42,010 nucleotides of DNA from Patescibacteria group bacterium (GTDB lineage Bacteria > Patescibacteriota > Microgenomatia > UBA8517), in assembly GCA_038062915.1 (NCBI GenBank), contig JBBTWD010000012.1, positions 1-42,010 of the forward strand, in the 5' to 3' direction. The notes under the pieces were generated by a model that did not search any database, was not told where the DNA came from, and saw only the letters and a program-made list of their open reading frames with translations. This document shows, one piece after another, positions 17,589 to 26,429 of the stretch. A program made the position numbers and the translations under genes. The first letter of the stretch is position 1. Each line of letters begins with the position of its first letter.

Positions 17589-17732
17589 ATGGCAAAAGTA
17601 GCACTAGGTAACGACCAAAAGCTTCTGGTTGACTCGTTTTACAAAGTTAAAACTAAGAAGAACTTGGCTCTATTTATTCAAGACTTGTTTACAGATGAAG
17701 AAGTTTTGGATTTAGCACAAAGGGATACTTGA
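17589..17732 (+). pseudogene. Truncated TrpR/YerC-like repressor (HTH missing)
   Basis: MAKVALGNDQKLLVDSFYKVKTKKNLALFIQDLFTDEEVLDLAQR then stop; parallels FLQDILTASEIKNLSIR of 29201..29698. Confidence 0.7.
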
Positions 17733-17745
17733 CGCAAACCTGCGA

Positions 17746-17783
17746 CTTAAAAAATGTCCGAATTTTTCGGTAATTCGTCCACA
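17746..17783 (-). repeat. Right inverted repeat / island end
   Basis: 21-bp perfect reverse complement of 8002-8022; weaker similarity extends outward to TGTGG (versus TGCGG at 7985). Confidence 0.8.
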
Positions 17784-17901
17784 TTGTAGAAAGTCAGTTT
17801 AAGATATATAATTATGACGGCGTTCAAGAATATGAGTATATTACTCATTTGAATTGAAAGCTGACATGTCATTCGTGAGAATGCTATAGGATAGACTTCA
17901 A

Positions 17902-19704
17902 ATGAACATACGAAACATTGCAATAATTGCTCACGTTGACCACGGTAAAACAACCCTGGTCGATGCACTCTTGCGTCAATCTCATACCGAGATGAAAAAG
18001 GAAGTGGATGATATGGGTACAATATTGGACAGCAATGAGCTCGAACGAGAGCGCGGAATCACAATTTTTTCCAAAAACGCTTCAGTTGAATACAGGGGAG
18101 TAAAAATAAATATTATCGATACCCCGGGCCACGCTGACTTTGGGGGTGAGGTAGAGCGTGTTTTATCGATGGCAGATGGCGCACTACTTTTAGTTGATGC
18201 CAAAGAGGGACCAATGCCTCAAACCAGATTCGTACTAAAACAAGCCCTTAAAATGCATCTTAAAGTTATTGTGGTCATCAATAAAATTGATGCAAAGAAT
18301 GCCAAACCAGAATATGCTCTTGGTAAAACTTTTGATCTTTTTGTGGAGTTAGGAGCAGACGAAGAAACAGCACTTTTTCCTATTGTCTATGCTTCGGGTC
18401 GTGATGGTAAGGCGGGTTATACTGAAGACTTATCAAAAATGACCGATATTACGCCTATTTTTGATGCGATTTTGAAACACGTACCAGAGCCACTCGCTTT
18501 TCCAGACAAACCACTACAAATGCTTGTAAGTAACATTGGTAAAGATAGTTACAAAGGCAGGATTGCGATTGGAAAGATTTACGCCGGCAAAATCGCAAAT
18601 GGGCAGGACATTAGCCATATTAACCGCGAAGGAATTGTTACAAAAAGTAAAGTAACCTCACTTTCAACCTTTAAGGGCTTGGGTAAAATCGAGGAACAAG
18701 AAGCCCGGGCGGGAGATTTGGTTGCCGTCACCGGAGTAACTAATATAAATATAGGAGAAACGATTTCGGACCCAGTTAACCCAATCGCCTTACCACTTAT
18801 AAATATTGAGGAACCAACCGTAAAAATGGTTTTTATGGTAAACAGTTCCCCTTTTGGAGGACATGAAGGTGAATTTAAAACCAGTAGTCAAATACGGGAA
18901 AGACTTTTTAAAGAATTGGAAACCGATGTTGCCCTTAAGGTAATTGATGATCAGGATGGAACCTGGACAGTCATGGGCAGAGGCGAACTACATTTGGCTA
19001 TTTTTATTGAACGAATCAGACGTGAAGGCTACGAGTTCCAGGTAAGTAGACCAAATGTTATCAATAAGGTCATTGATGGAATTAAAATGACCCCTTTTGA
19101 AAAGGTATATATCGAAACTCCAGACGCCTCCTCGGGAATTGTCATCCAAAAGATGGGCCAGAGGCATGCCAAAATGGATAATATGGAAACCCGTGAAGGA
19201 ATCGTATATTTGGAATTTACCGTAGCCACCAAGGAACTTATTGGGTATCGAAGCGAATTTATTACAGACACCAAAGGATTAGGGATAATTAACTCAACTT
19301 TTTTTGAATTCCAAAAAGACGATGGTATGACAAGGAAAAGAGAAAGAGGATCGCTTGTGGCTTACGAATCTGGCGAGACTAGGCTTTATGGATTGGTTAA
19401 TGTCCAGGATCAGGGAGATTTATTTATTGGCCCAGGTATCAGAGTCTATACGGGTCAAATTGTAGGCCAGCACGCAAGAACCGGGGACTTGAGAGTCAAT
19501 GTCTGTAAAGAGAAAAAGCTTTCCAATATGAGGTCAAAAGGAGATGGAACCAGTGAGCACTTTAATTCACCTCGCGAAATGGGTCTTGAAGATGCCCTAG
19601 ATTATATTGACGACACTGAACTTGTCGAAGTTACTCCAAAAAGTATTAGAATTAGAAAAGTTTACCTTAATGAGCTAGATGAGAAGAGAAATCGAAAAAA
19701 ATAA
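17902..19704 (+). CDS. typA: Translational GTPase TypA/BipA
   Basis: AHVDHGKTT; ERERGITI; DTPGHADF; NKID; GRGELHL; [11 protein letters not shown]. Confidence 0.97.
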   Translation: MNIRNIAIIAHVDHGKTTLVDALLRQSHTEMKKEVDDMGTILDSNELERERGITIFSKNASVEYRGVKINIIDTPGHADFGGEVERVLSMADGALLLVDAKEGPMPQTRFVLKQALKMHLKVIVVINKIDAKNAKPEYALGKTFDLFVELGADEETALFPIVYASGRDGKAGYTEDLSKMTDITPIFDAILKHVPEPLAFPDKPLQMLVSNIGKDSYKGRIAIGKIYAGKIANGQDISHINREGIVTKSKVTSLSTFKGLGKIEEQEARAGDLVAVTGVTNINIGETISDPVNPIALPLINIEEPTVKMVFMVNSSPFGGHEGEFKTSSQIRERLFKELETDVALKVIDDQDGTWTVMGRGELHLAIFIERIRREGYEFQVSRPNVINKVIDGIKMTPFEKVYIETPDASSGIVIQKMGQRHAKMDNMETREGIVYLEFTVATKELIGYRSEFITDTKGLGIINSTFFEFQKDDGMTRKRERGSLVAYESGETRLYGLVNVQDQGDLFIGPGIRVYTGQIVGQHARTGDLRVNVCKEKKLSNMRSKGDGTSEHFNSPREMGLEDALDYIDDTELVEVTPKSIRIRKVYLNELDEKRNRKK

Positions 19705-19745
19705 TACTTGACAAAAAAGTAGTACCTTGGTACCATGATACCAGT

Positions 19746-19991
19746 ATGCAAACAGTATCAACCAACATTAGATTTGATCAAAATGAGTACGAGGAATTGA
19801 GGACTTTGGCGTTTCAGGAAAATACTAGCTTGGCTAGCTTAATAAATTCCGCTGTTCGAGAATATAGAATCAAAAAACTATTTTTCTCTCGTGAAGCAAG
19901 AATTCAACTTTTTGAGAAAATGAAAAACTCTAAAATAAAAATTAATGTTTCTACGGTGGATCTAGTCAATGAGGGAAGAAAATTTAAATGA
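19746..19991 (+). CDS. Putative antitoxin (ribbon-helix-helix-like)
   Basis: STNIRF strand plus two helices; ATGA overlap with the PIN gene; promoter TTGACA...TACCAT with TACC repeats. Confidence 0.7.
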   Translation: MQTVSTNIRFDQNEYEELRTLAFQENTSLASLINSAVREYRIKKLFFSREARIQLFEKMKNSKIKINVSTVDLVNEGRKFK

Positions 19992-20425
19992 GAACTTTTG
20001 TAATTGATTCCTCTATATGCCTCAAATGGACGTTAAGCGATGAAATAGACTCCGATAAAGCCTCAGATATCCAAGAGATGTATGTAAAGGGTGAATTTAA
20101 CCTTATAGCTCCAGATCTTTGGCTTTATGAAGTAATAAACGGAATTAAAAGTGTGGGGCTTAAAAAAAAACTTATACCTGAAAGCAAATTAACAGAGAAG
20201 CTACTAGACTTAATCAAATCTCAACCAAACTTAATGAGTATTTCCGATATTCCAGAAATATGTCTTAAAAACTCGTTAGAATTTGGTATTAGTGGATATG
20301 ATAGCGCGTATATAACCCTTGCCCGAGTGCACGGACTTACTTTGATTACTGCAGATGAAAAACTAGCGAGAAAAGTCAACAATCCAAAACTTGCAATTTC
20401 TTTAAAAGAGTTTAAAATAAAGTAG
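19988..20425 (+). CDS. vapC: PIN-domain VapC-type toxin
   Basis: VIDSS; APDLWLYEV; YDSAY; LITADEKL. Confidence 0.9.
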   Translation: MRTFVIDSSICLKWTLSDEIDSDKASDIQEMYVKGEFNLIAPDLWLYEVINGIKSVGLKKKLIPESKLTEKLLDLIKSQPNLMSISDIPEICLKNSLEFGISGYDSAYITLARVHGLTLITADEKLARKVNNPKLAISLKEFKIK

Positions 20426-20428
20426 TAA

Positions 20429-20547
20429 TAGCTTTTGCATGAGACCTAACCAACCTCAAAGCTAATAGGTAAGTAAAGAGTGGCAAGAGAAGTGGAACCA
20501 CGCTTCGGCAAGCTCAGTGTAAACTGAACTTCACGAGTCGTCTTCTT
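20429..20547 (+). promoter_or_regulatory. Atypical T-box leader upstream of thrS
   Basis: Antiterminator AGAAG-TGGAACC-ACG...CGT-CTTCT (20488-20546); short first stem with ACC triplets; promoter TTGCAA-16-TAAAAT (20391-20418). Confidence 0.7.
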
Positions 20548-20567
20548 AAGAGTATTATTAAAATACC

Positions 20568-21824
20568 ATGAAGAAGATTGACGACAAAATACAAGAAAAA
20601 GATTGGGATCACAAAAAGCTGGGTCGCGAACTTGACCTATTTACTTTCTCTGATACTGTGGGAAAAGGTTTACCACTTTGGACCCCGAAAGGGGCTGCAA
20701 TAAGACGTGAGATTGAAAGATTTATAGTTGATGAAGAAATTAAACGCGACTATAACCATGTCTATACACCCGATATTGCAAAATTAGATTTATATAAAAA
20801 ATCTGGTCATTATCCTTACTACAAAGAGTCTATGTATGCCCCGATCCAGATTGAAGATGAAGAGTATATGCTTCGCCCAATGACATGTCCTCACCACTTT
20901 GAATTATTCCTAGATAAACCAAGAAGTTATAAGGAACTTCCAATAAGATACGCAGAACTTGGCAAACTTTATAGATTCGAAAAATCAGGTGAGCTTATGG
21001 GGCTTCAAAGAGTAAGAAGCTTTTGTTTGGCTGATGCTCATATTATTTGTTCTAAAGACCAAGCAGAAAGTGAAGCTGATAAAGTTCTAGAGTTAATTGA
21101 CTATGCAGCCAAAGTTTTTGGACTTGAAAAAAATAAAGATTATTTCTATCGACTTTCACTTGGAGACAGAAAGGATGAAAAGAAATATTTTAAAGATGAT
21201 GAATCTTGGGATCATGCAGAAGAAGTATTAAGAAAAGTTTTAAAGAAAGATGGATCGAAATTTATTGAAGCTCCAGGTGAGGCTGCATTCTATGGTCCTA
21301 AAATTGACGTCCAAATGATTAATGCTAATGGAAAAGAGGATACTGCTTTCACCGTCCAATATGATTTTGTTATGCCAAAGAGATTTAAACTTGAATATAT
21401 AAATGAAGAGGGTGGGAAAACCGAAGCCGTTGTGGTTCACAGATCATCGATTGGAGCAATTGAGAGAATAATTGCATTCTTAATTGAAAAATACAAAGGC
21501 AATTTTCCTACTTGGTTAACTCCGGTTCAAGTTAAAATTCTTCCAATTGCTGATCGCAATATGCCATATGCCATGAAAATAAAAAATGTTTTAAGACGGG
21601 AGAATGTAAGAGTAGAAGTTGATGAAAGAAACGAAACATTAGGGGGCAAAATTCGTGATGCACAGCTTGAAAAAGTAGCTTATATGTTAATAGTTGGTGA
21701 TCGTGATGAAAAAACAAATAAAGTTTCTATAAGAAAGAGAAACGGAGATGATTTAGGATCACTTGACCTTAAAAAATTTATTTTAGACCTCAAAACAGAA
21801 ATTGACACAAAGTCTTTAAATTGA
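20568..21824 (+). CDS. thrS: Threonyl-tRNA synthetase lacking the N-terminal TGS/editing domains
   Basis: DHKKLGRELDLF; RPMTCPHH; GEAAFYGPKID; VVVHRS; 418 aa. Confidence 0.97.
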   Translation: MKKIDDKIQEKDWDHKKLGRELDLFTFSDTVGKGLPLWTPKGAAIRREIERFIVDEEIKRDYNHVYTPDIAKLDLYKKSGHYPYYKESMYAPIQIEDEEYMLRPMTCPHHFELFLDKPRSYKELPIRYAELGKLYRFEKSGELMGLQRVRSFCLADAHIICSKDQAESEADKVLELIDYAAKVFGLEKNKDYFYRLSLGDRKDEKKYFKDDESWDHAEEVLRKVLKKDGSKFIEAPGEAAFYGPKIDVQMINANGKEDTAFTVQYDFVMPKRFKLEYINEEGGKTEAVVVHRSSIGAIERIIAFLIEKYKGNFPTWLTPVQVKILPIADRNMPYAMKIKNVLRRENVRVEVDERNETLGGKIRDAQLEKVAYMLIVGDRDEKTNKVSIRKRNGDDLGSLDLKKFILDLKTEIDTKSLN

Positions 21825-21836
21825 TTTAATAGAATC

Positions 21837-22052
21837 ATGACATTAATTAGAAGTAAAAAAGACAAAGAAGAATTTGTTAGCCTCATATCAGATGCCTTTC
21901 AACAAGTTATGGTTCCTGCACTTGATAATGCAATTGTTAACCTTAAGCAAGAACTATCCTCAAAGGAAGATGTTAGAGAAGTTGGAATGAAAGTAGATTC
22001 ACTTGACAGAAAGTTTGATGCACAACAAGAAAGACATTTGGCGACAGTTTAA
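21837..22052 (+). CDS. Small coiled-coil hypothetical protein
   Basis: Heptad pattern; own promoter-like TTGACA...TTTAAT. Confidence 0.55.
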   Translation: MTLIRSKKDKEEFVSLISDAFQQVMVPALDNAIVNLKQELSSKEDVREVGMKVDSLDRKFDAQQERHLATV

Positions 22053-22102
22053 TTAAACCTTGATATATCAATCATTTTTAGCTACAATTCACACTAAGTA
22101 GA

Positions 22103-22672
22103 TTGGGAAAAAGTAAACTTTTCTGGCGTACGGATCTTGCAATTAGAGCGGAATCCTTGCGTGTAGTTGATTCCCAAGGAAAGCTCATTGGAGTTTTAAA
22201 GAAACAGGAGGCGCTTGATAAGGCTAAGGAGGCGGGACTGACTTTAGTAGAGATAGCACCCAATGCCAGCCCACCCGTAGCTAAAATTGTAGATTTTGGT
22301 AAATTTAGATACGCAGAAGAAAAAAAAGCTCGTGCCCAGGCTAAAGGGGTGAAAGGCGGAGAAGTAAAAGAGATTAGATTTTCGCCATTTATAGCAGATA
22401 ATGACTATCAAACAAGAATACGAAGAATTAAAGAATTTTTTGCAGATAAAAATAAGGTAAGAATAGTTGTAGTTTTTACAGGTCGCCAAATGGGGAGTAA
22501 GCCCCAGGGTTATGTACTTTTGCAGAGAATTTTTAAAGATTTTGGAGGAGAAATTGCAGCCGATATGGAGCCTAAATTCTTAGGCAAGCATTTGGTTACA
22601 GTAATCTCGCCGGTCAGTAAGGCTAAACAAGTCAATGCCAAAAATCAAAACAAGGAAATCGATAACAAATAG
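22103..22672 (+). CDS. infC: Translation initiation factor IF-3
   Basis: LVEIAPNASPPVAKIVDFGKFRY; KEIRF; TTG start. Confidence 0.95.
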   Translation: MGKSKLFWRTDLAIRAESLRVVDSQGKLIGVLKKQEALDKAKEAGLTLVEIAPNASPPVAKIVDFGKFRYAEEKKARAQAKGVKGGEVKEIRFSPFIADNDYQTRIRRIKEFFADKNKVRIVVVFTGRQMGSKPQGYVLLQRIFKDFGGEIAADMEPKFLGKHLVTVISPVSKAKQVNAKNQNKEIDNK

Positions 22673-22847
22673 ACTACGGGTTACAAAATCCGGTAAGGTC
22701 ATGAGGCGTCAATCTTTTAGAAGACATCTTAAAGCTGGCAAATCTCAAAAAAGACTTAAAAATCTTAAAAAAACTATTGAGATGAAAACATCATTTGCAA
22801 AAAGAATTAAAAAAAGATTAGGTAGTAAAACTAGAAAAAATAGATAA
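22635..22847 (+). CDS. rpmI: 50S ribosomal protein L35
   Basis: [22 protein letters not shown]; position between infC and rplT. Confidence 0.95.
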   Translation: MPKIKTRKSITNRLRVTKSGKVMRRQSFRRHLKAGKSQKRLKNLKKTIEMKTSFAKRIKKRLGSKTRKNR

Positions 22848-23182
22848 TGAGAGTTAAATCAATATCGGCCATAAGACACAGAAAAATCCTTAAAGCCGCC
22901 AAGGGATTTAAACAAGCAAGACGGACACGAATTCAAACTGCTAAAGAGGCAGTGCTTCACGCAGGAGCTTATGCTTATAGTGGCAGAAAATTACGAAAAA
23001 GAGATTTAAGAAGCCTTTGGATAGTCAGGGTCAACGCCGCAGTTAGAAGTCAGGGGTTGTCCTATTCTAAATTTATTGACGGACTTAAAAAATCAAAGAT
23101 AGAAATCGACCGCAAAATTTTAGCTGACATTGCCTTCAGTGATCCAGCCTCTTTCAAACAAATCGTCTCGGAGGTACAATAA
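22847..23182 (+). CDS. rplT: 50S ribosomal protein L20
   Basis: [16 protein letters not shown]; YSKFI; IDRKILA. Confidence 0.97.
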   Translation: MRVKSISAIRHRKILKAAKGFKQARRTRIQTAKEAVLHAGAYAYSGRKLRKRDLRSLWIVRVNAAVRSQGLSYSKFIDGLKKSKIEIDRKILADIAFSDPASFKQIVSEVQ

Positions 23183-23189
23183 CTCCATA

Positions 23190-24185
23190 GTGAACGAGGA
23201 TTTAATTAATCTTAAAAACCAAACAATAGCCCAGATTGGCGATGTTAAAAGCCTTGATGATCTAGAGCAAATTAGAATTGATCTCTTTGGCAGAAGTGGG
23301 AAAGTAACCAAGGCTACCCACAACCTTAAAAATACCGATCCCGAAAAAAGAAGGCAAACCGGAATTCTAATTAACGAGATTAAAAATACACTTGAAAATC
23401 AAATCGCCGAAAAGAAAAATAGTTTAAAAGTTACCATTAGAGAGTGGTTTGATCCAACAATACCGATCAGACTTCCTAAAATTGGACATCTTCATCCAAC
23501 CTCAATTGTAATTTCAGAAATGGTTGAGATTTTTAAAAATCTTGGCTTTTCCATCACCGAAGGTCCAGAAATAGAATCTGATAAATATAATTTTGAGCTT
23601 TTAAATCTTCCTAAAGATCACCCTGCAAGGAGCCTTCAGGATGTTTTATATATTGATGAGCCAGAAATTCTGTTAAGAAGTCATACTTCATCTGTTGAAA
23701 CTCGTATGATTGAAAAGTTAAAACTACCATTTAGAGTAATTGTGGCCGGAAAATGCTACAGATTTGAAAATGTGAATGCTAGTAACAACGCCATGTTCTA
23801 TCAGTTCCAGGGGGTCGCACTTCAAAAAGGATTATCCCTTGCTGACCTTAAAGGTACACTTTTTTACTTTGTTAAAAGTTATTTTGGAGAGGATAGGAAA
23901 ATTAGATTTAGGTGTAAGTATTATCCAGAAGTTGAACCGGGGGTAGGGCTTGATCTAGATTGTACATTTTGTAATCAAAAGGGTTGTTCGGTATGTAAAG
24001 GTAGGGGATGGCTTGAAATGATTGGAGCTGGGATGATCCACTCTAATATACTTAAAAATTTTGGCTATAAGTCAAGTGAAATTTCCGGTTTTGCTTTTGG
24101 AATGGGGCTTGACCGAATTGTAATGGACAGATTTAAAATAAATGATATTAGAAGTCTATACAACGGAGACATAAAAAATATATGA
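23190..24185 (+). CDS. pheS: Phenylalanyl-tRNA synthetase alpha subunit
   Basis: GHLHP; HPARSLQD; LRSHTS; GFAFGMGLDR; GTG start at 23190. Confidence 0.95.
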   Translation: MNEDLINLKNQTIAQIGDVKSLDDLEQIRIDLFGRSGKVTKATHNLKNTDPEKRRQTGILINEIKNTLENQIAEKKNSLKVTIREWFDPTIPIRLPKIGHLHPTSIVISEMVEIFKNLGFSITEGPEIESDKYNFELLNLPKDHPARSLQDVLYIDEPEILLRSHTSSVETRMIEKLKLPFRVIVAGKCYRFENVNASNNAMFYQFQGVALQKGLSLADLKGTLFYFVKSYFGEDRKIRFRCKYYPEVEPGVGLDLDCTFCNQKGCSVCKGRGWLEMIGAGMIHSNILKNFGYKSSEISGFAFGMGLDRIVMDRFKINDIRSLYNGDIKNI

Positions 24186-26155
24186 AAATACCAATTAACT
24201 GGCTAGAAGAATTTGTTGAAATTCCATCTGACCTTAAAAAATTGACTCATGACCTTACTATGGTTGGGCATATGCTTGATAAAATTGAAGAAAAAAATGG
24301 TGAAACCATACTTGATCTTGAACTTCGGGGAAATAGAGCAGATTGTTATTCAATTTTGGGAATCGCTAGAGAAGTATCTGCAATTTATGGAAATAGAGTT
24401 AAAACTCTTCAAACTGTTCTCTTAACCAAAGTCAAGAAACTAAAAAATATTTCTTTAAATGTTAAAACTCCATTTGTTAAAAGAGTAGGAATGGTTGAAG
24501 TAAAAGATGTAAAAATAATGAAGTCACCCAAATGGCTATCAGACAAACTTACAAACTATGGAATGGAATCTATTAACAACATTGTTGATTTAACAAATTA
24601 TGTGATGATCGAAACGGGAGAGCCTATTCATGCATTTGATTTAGACAAGGTGGGGGATAACATCGAAATAAGGCTAGCAAGGGATGGTGAAAAAATTACA
24701 ACATTTACAGATGGTCAAATAAAATTGACTCATGAAGATTTAGTTTGGGCCTCCGGCCCAGAGGGCCTACGGCCCGGAGGGCAAGTCCTTTCAATTGCTG
24801 GAGCGGTTGGGGAAAAATATAATTCGATTTCTGATTCCACCAAAAATATATTAATAGAAGCGGCAAATTATAATAGAGCAAATATAAGAAGAATGATTTA
24901 CAGGCACAAGCTTCTGACTGAAGCTGGCATTAGGCATGAGAAAAATCTTGACCCAAACATAGTAGACCTTGCCATTTCTAGATTTCTGTATTTAATTAAA
25001 AAATACAATTGGGGGAAATTTAATCCTGAAGTTTATGATTATTACCCCAGTAGGGTCTCACCTTGCAAAATCAACTTAACCTATAATTATCTAAAAACAT
25101 TAGGTGGGGTAGATATTAAATTTAGTGAAATCAAAAATATACTTTCAAAATTGCAGTTTGAAGTAGTTAAAAAAGATAAAGAAGAATTAACCGTTCTAAT
25201 TCCTACTTATAGAACCGATGTCATCCTAACCGAGGATCTAATTGAAGAGATAATCAGAATCTATGGATATGACAATATCCCTACAAAAACTTTAGCTTTA
25301 GAAATTCCTAAAAATGTTACGCTTAATTATATACTTCAAGAAGAAAAATTTAGAAACTCATCAGAAGCTCTTGGATTTGATGAAGTGATTAGCCTTTCAT
25401 TTATCAAAAAAGAATATTTAGATAAAAATATCCCAGTTGATAAAGGTAATTTAAAAGTTGTCTCAATTCAAAATCCTCCTTCTCCAGATACAAGGTATTT
25501 AAGAGCTACTCTGTTTCCAAACTTATTAGATTCCACTTTAAAGATAATTAATGATAGGGGAGAGGTAGCCCAGTTATTTGAAATTGGTAAAATATATCTT
25601 AAAAACGGAAATAGGTATATTGAAAAAAGAAAAATTGGACTCATCTCTTGGAACGAGAATAAAAAAAATTTCTCCGACTTTAAATCGCTTGTCCATGCTC
25701 TTTTTGCAAAGATGGGAATTAAATCTCCTGAATATTTACATGAAATATTAAATATTACTTTATCGGATTCCTACGTTTTAAAATTTATGGGCAAAGAAAT
25801 AGGTTTTGGAGGGAAACTTAATGACATTTATTATATTGAGATTGATTTAGACATGCTATTGGGTCAGGAGAAAAAATATAATATGTCTCTATGGCCAAAG
25901 TTCCCTCCTCAAATAGAAGATTTAACTTTTACAATCCCCGCAAAAACATATATTGGCAATGTTATGAGAGTTATTTCGGAATTAGATTCTAGAATTTCGA
26001 ATTTATCATTGAAAGACATTTTTAGTGATTCATACACCTTTAATCTTGAGTATCAGGATCCAGATAAAACTTTAACAAATGATGAAGTGGAAAAAATACG
26101 AAATAAAATTCTTTCAGCCGTCAAATCCAAATTCGGCGCTTCAATCAAGAGCTAA
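24182..26155 (+). CDS. pheT: Phenylalanyl-tRNA synthetase beta subunit (short form, B2 domain apparently absent)
   Basis: NRADCYSILGIARE; VDLTNYVM; PTYRTD..DLIEEI; TLTNDEV; 657 aa. Confidence 0.93.
   Translation: MKIPINWLEEFVEIPSDLKKLTHDLTMVGHMLDKIEEKNGETILDLELRGNRADCYSILGIAREVSAIYGNRVKTLQTVLLTKVKKLKNISLNVKTPFVKRVGMVEVKDVKIMKSPKWLSDKLTNYGMESINNIVDLTNYVMIETGEPIHAFDLDKVGDNIEIRLARDGEKITTFTDGQIKLTHEDLVWASGPEGLRPGGQVLSIAGAVGEKYNSISDSTKNILIEAANYNRANIRRMIYRHKLLTEAGIRHEKNLDPNIVDLAISRFLYLIKKYNWGKFNPEVYDYYPSRVSPCKINLTYNYLKTLGGVDIKFSEIKNILSKLQFEVVKKDKEELTVLIPTYRTDVILTEDLIEEIIRIYGYDNIPTKTLALEIPKNVTLNYILQEEKFRNSSEALGFDEVISLSFIKKEYLDKNIPVDKGNLKVVSIQNPPSPDTRYLRATLFPNLLDSTLKIINDRGEVAQLFEIGKIYLKNGNRYIEKRKIGLISWNENKKNFSDFKSLVHALFAKMGIKSPEYLHEILNITLSDSYVLKFMGKEIGFGGKLNDIYYIEIDLDMLLGQEKKYNMSLWPKFPPQIEDLTFTIPAKTYIGNVMRVISELDSRISNLSLKDIFSDSYTFNLEYQDPDKTLTNDEVEKIRNKILSAVKSKFGASIKS
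24750..24780. repeat. In-frame GC-rich palindromic insert within pheT
   Basis: CCTCCGG-CCCAGAGGGCCTACGGC-CCGGAGG encoding ASGPEGLRPGG in an AT-rich gene. Confidence 0.7.
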
Positions 26156-26386
26156 TTTGCGTTCAATCTTTACTACTCTTTTTGTTAATTTATCAAACTC
26201 ATCAATAGTTGGAGCATCTTCTTCGAGGTTAGCAATCTGAAAACCCAACCTATCAATCCTAGTAGTCAAACTTGTTTTAGTTTCATCAATCTGGTCAGTT
26301 AACTTTTTATCCAGTTTCTTGATGTCACTTCTGATTCCTACTTGGCCATCTATCAGCATCTGAAGCATTTTAGTATTTGTTGTCAT
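26141..26386 (-). CDS. Small coiled-coil hypothetical protein
   Basis: Heptad repeats; LEEDAPTIDEFDKL. Confidence 0.7.
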   Translation of the reverse strand: MTTNTKMLQMLIDGQVGIRSDIKKLDKKLTDQIDETKTSLTTRIDRLGFQIANLEEDAPTIDEFDKLTKRVVKIERKLALD

Positions 26387-26429
26387 AATTACTTATAACG
26401 TTTTAGCGCTTATTAATCAATATATCAAA

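Larger units (their letters stand above)
7985..17783. mobile_element. Putative genomic island downstream of tRNA-Ala, bounded by inverted repeats; no integrase or transposase inside
   Basis: 8002-8022 AAAATTCGGACATTTTTTAAG is the exact reverse complement of 17746-17766; accessory cargo with several pseudogenes. Confidence 0.55.

Noticed and set aside
8184-17783. Classical integron cassette array
   Set aside because: No IntI gene, mixed gene orientations, and no recurring RYYYAAC...GTTRRRY attC sites seen
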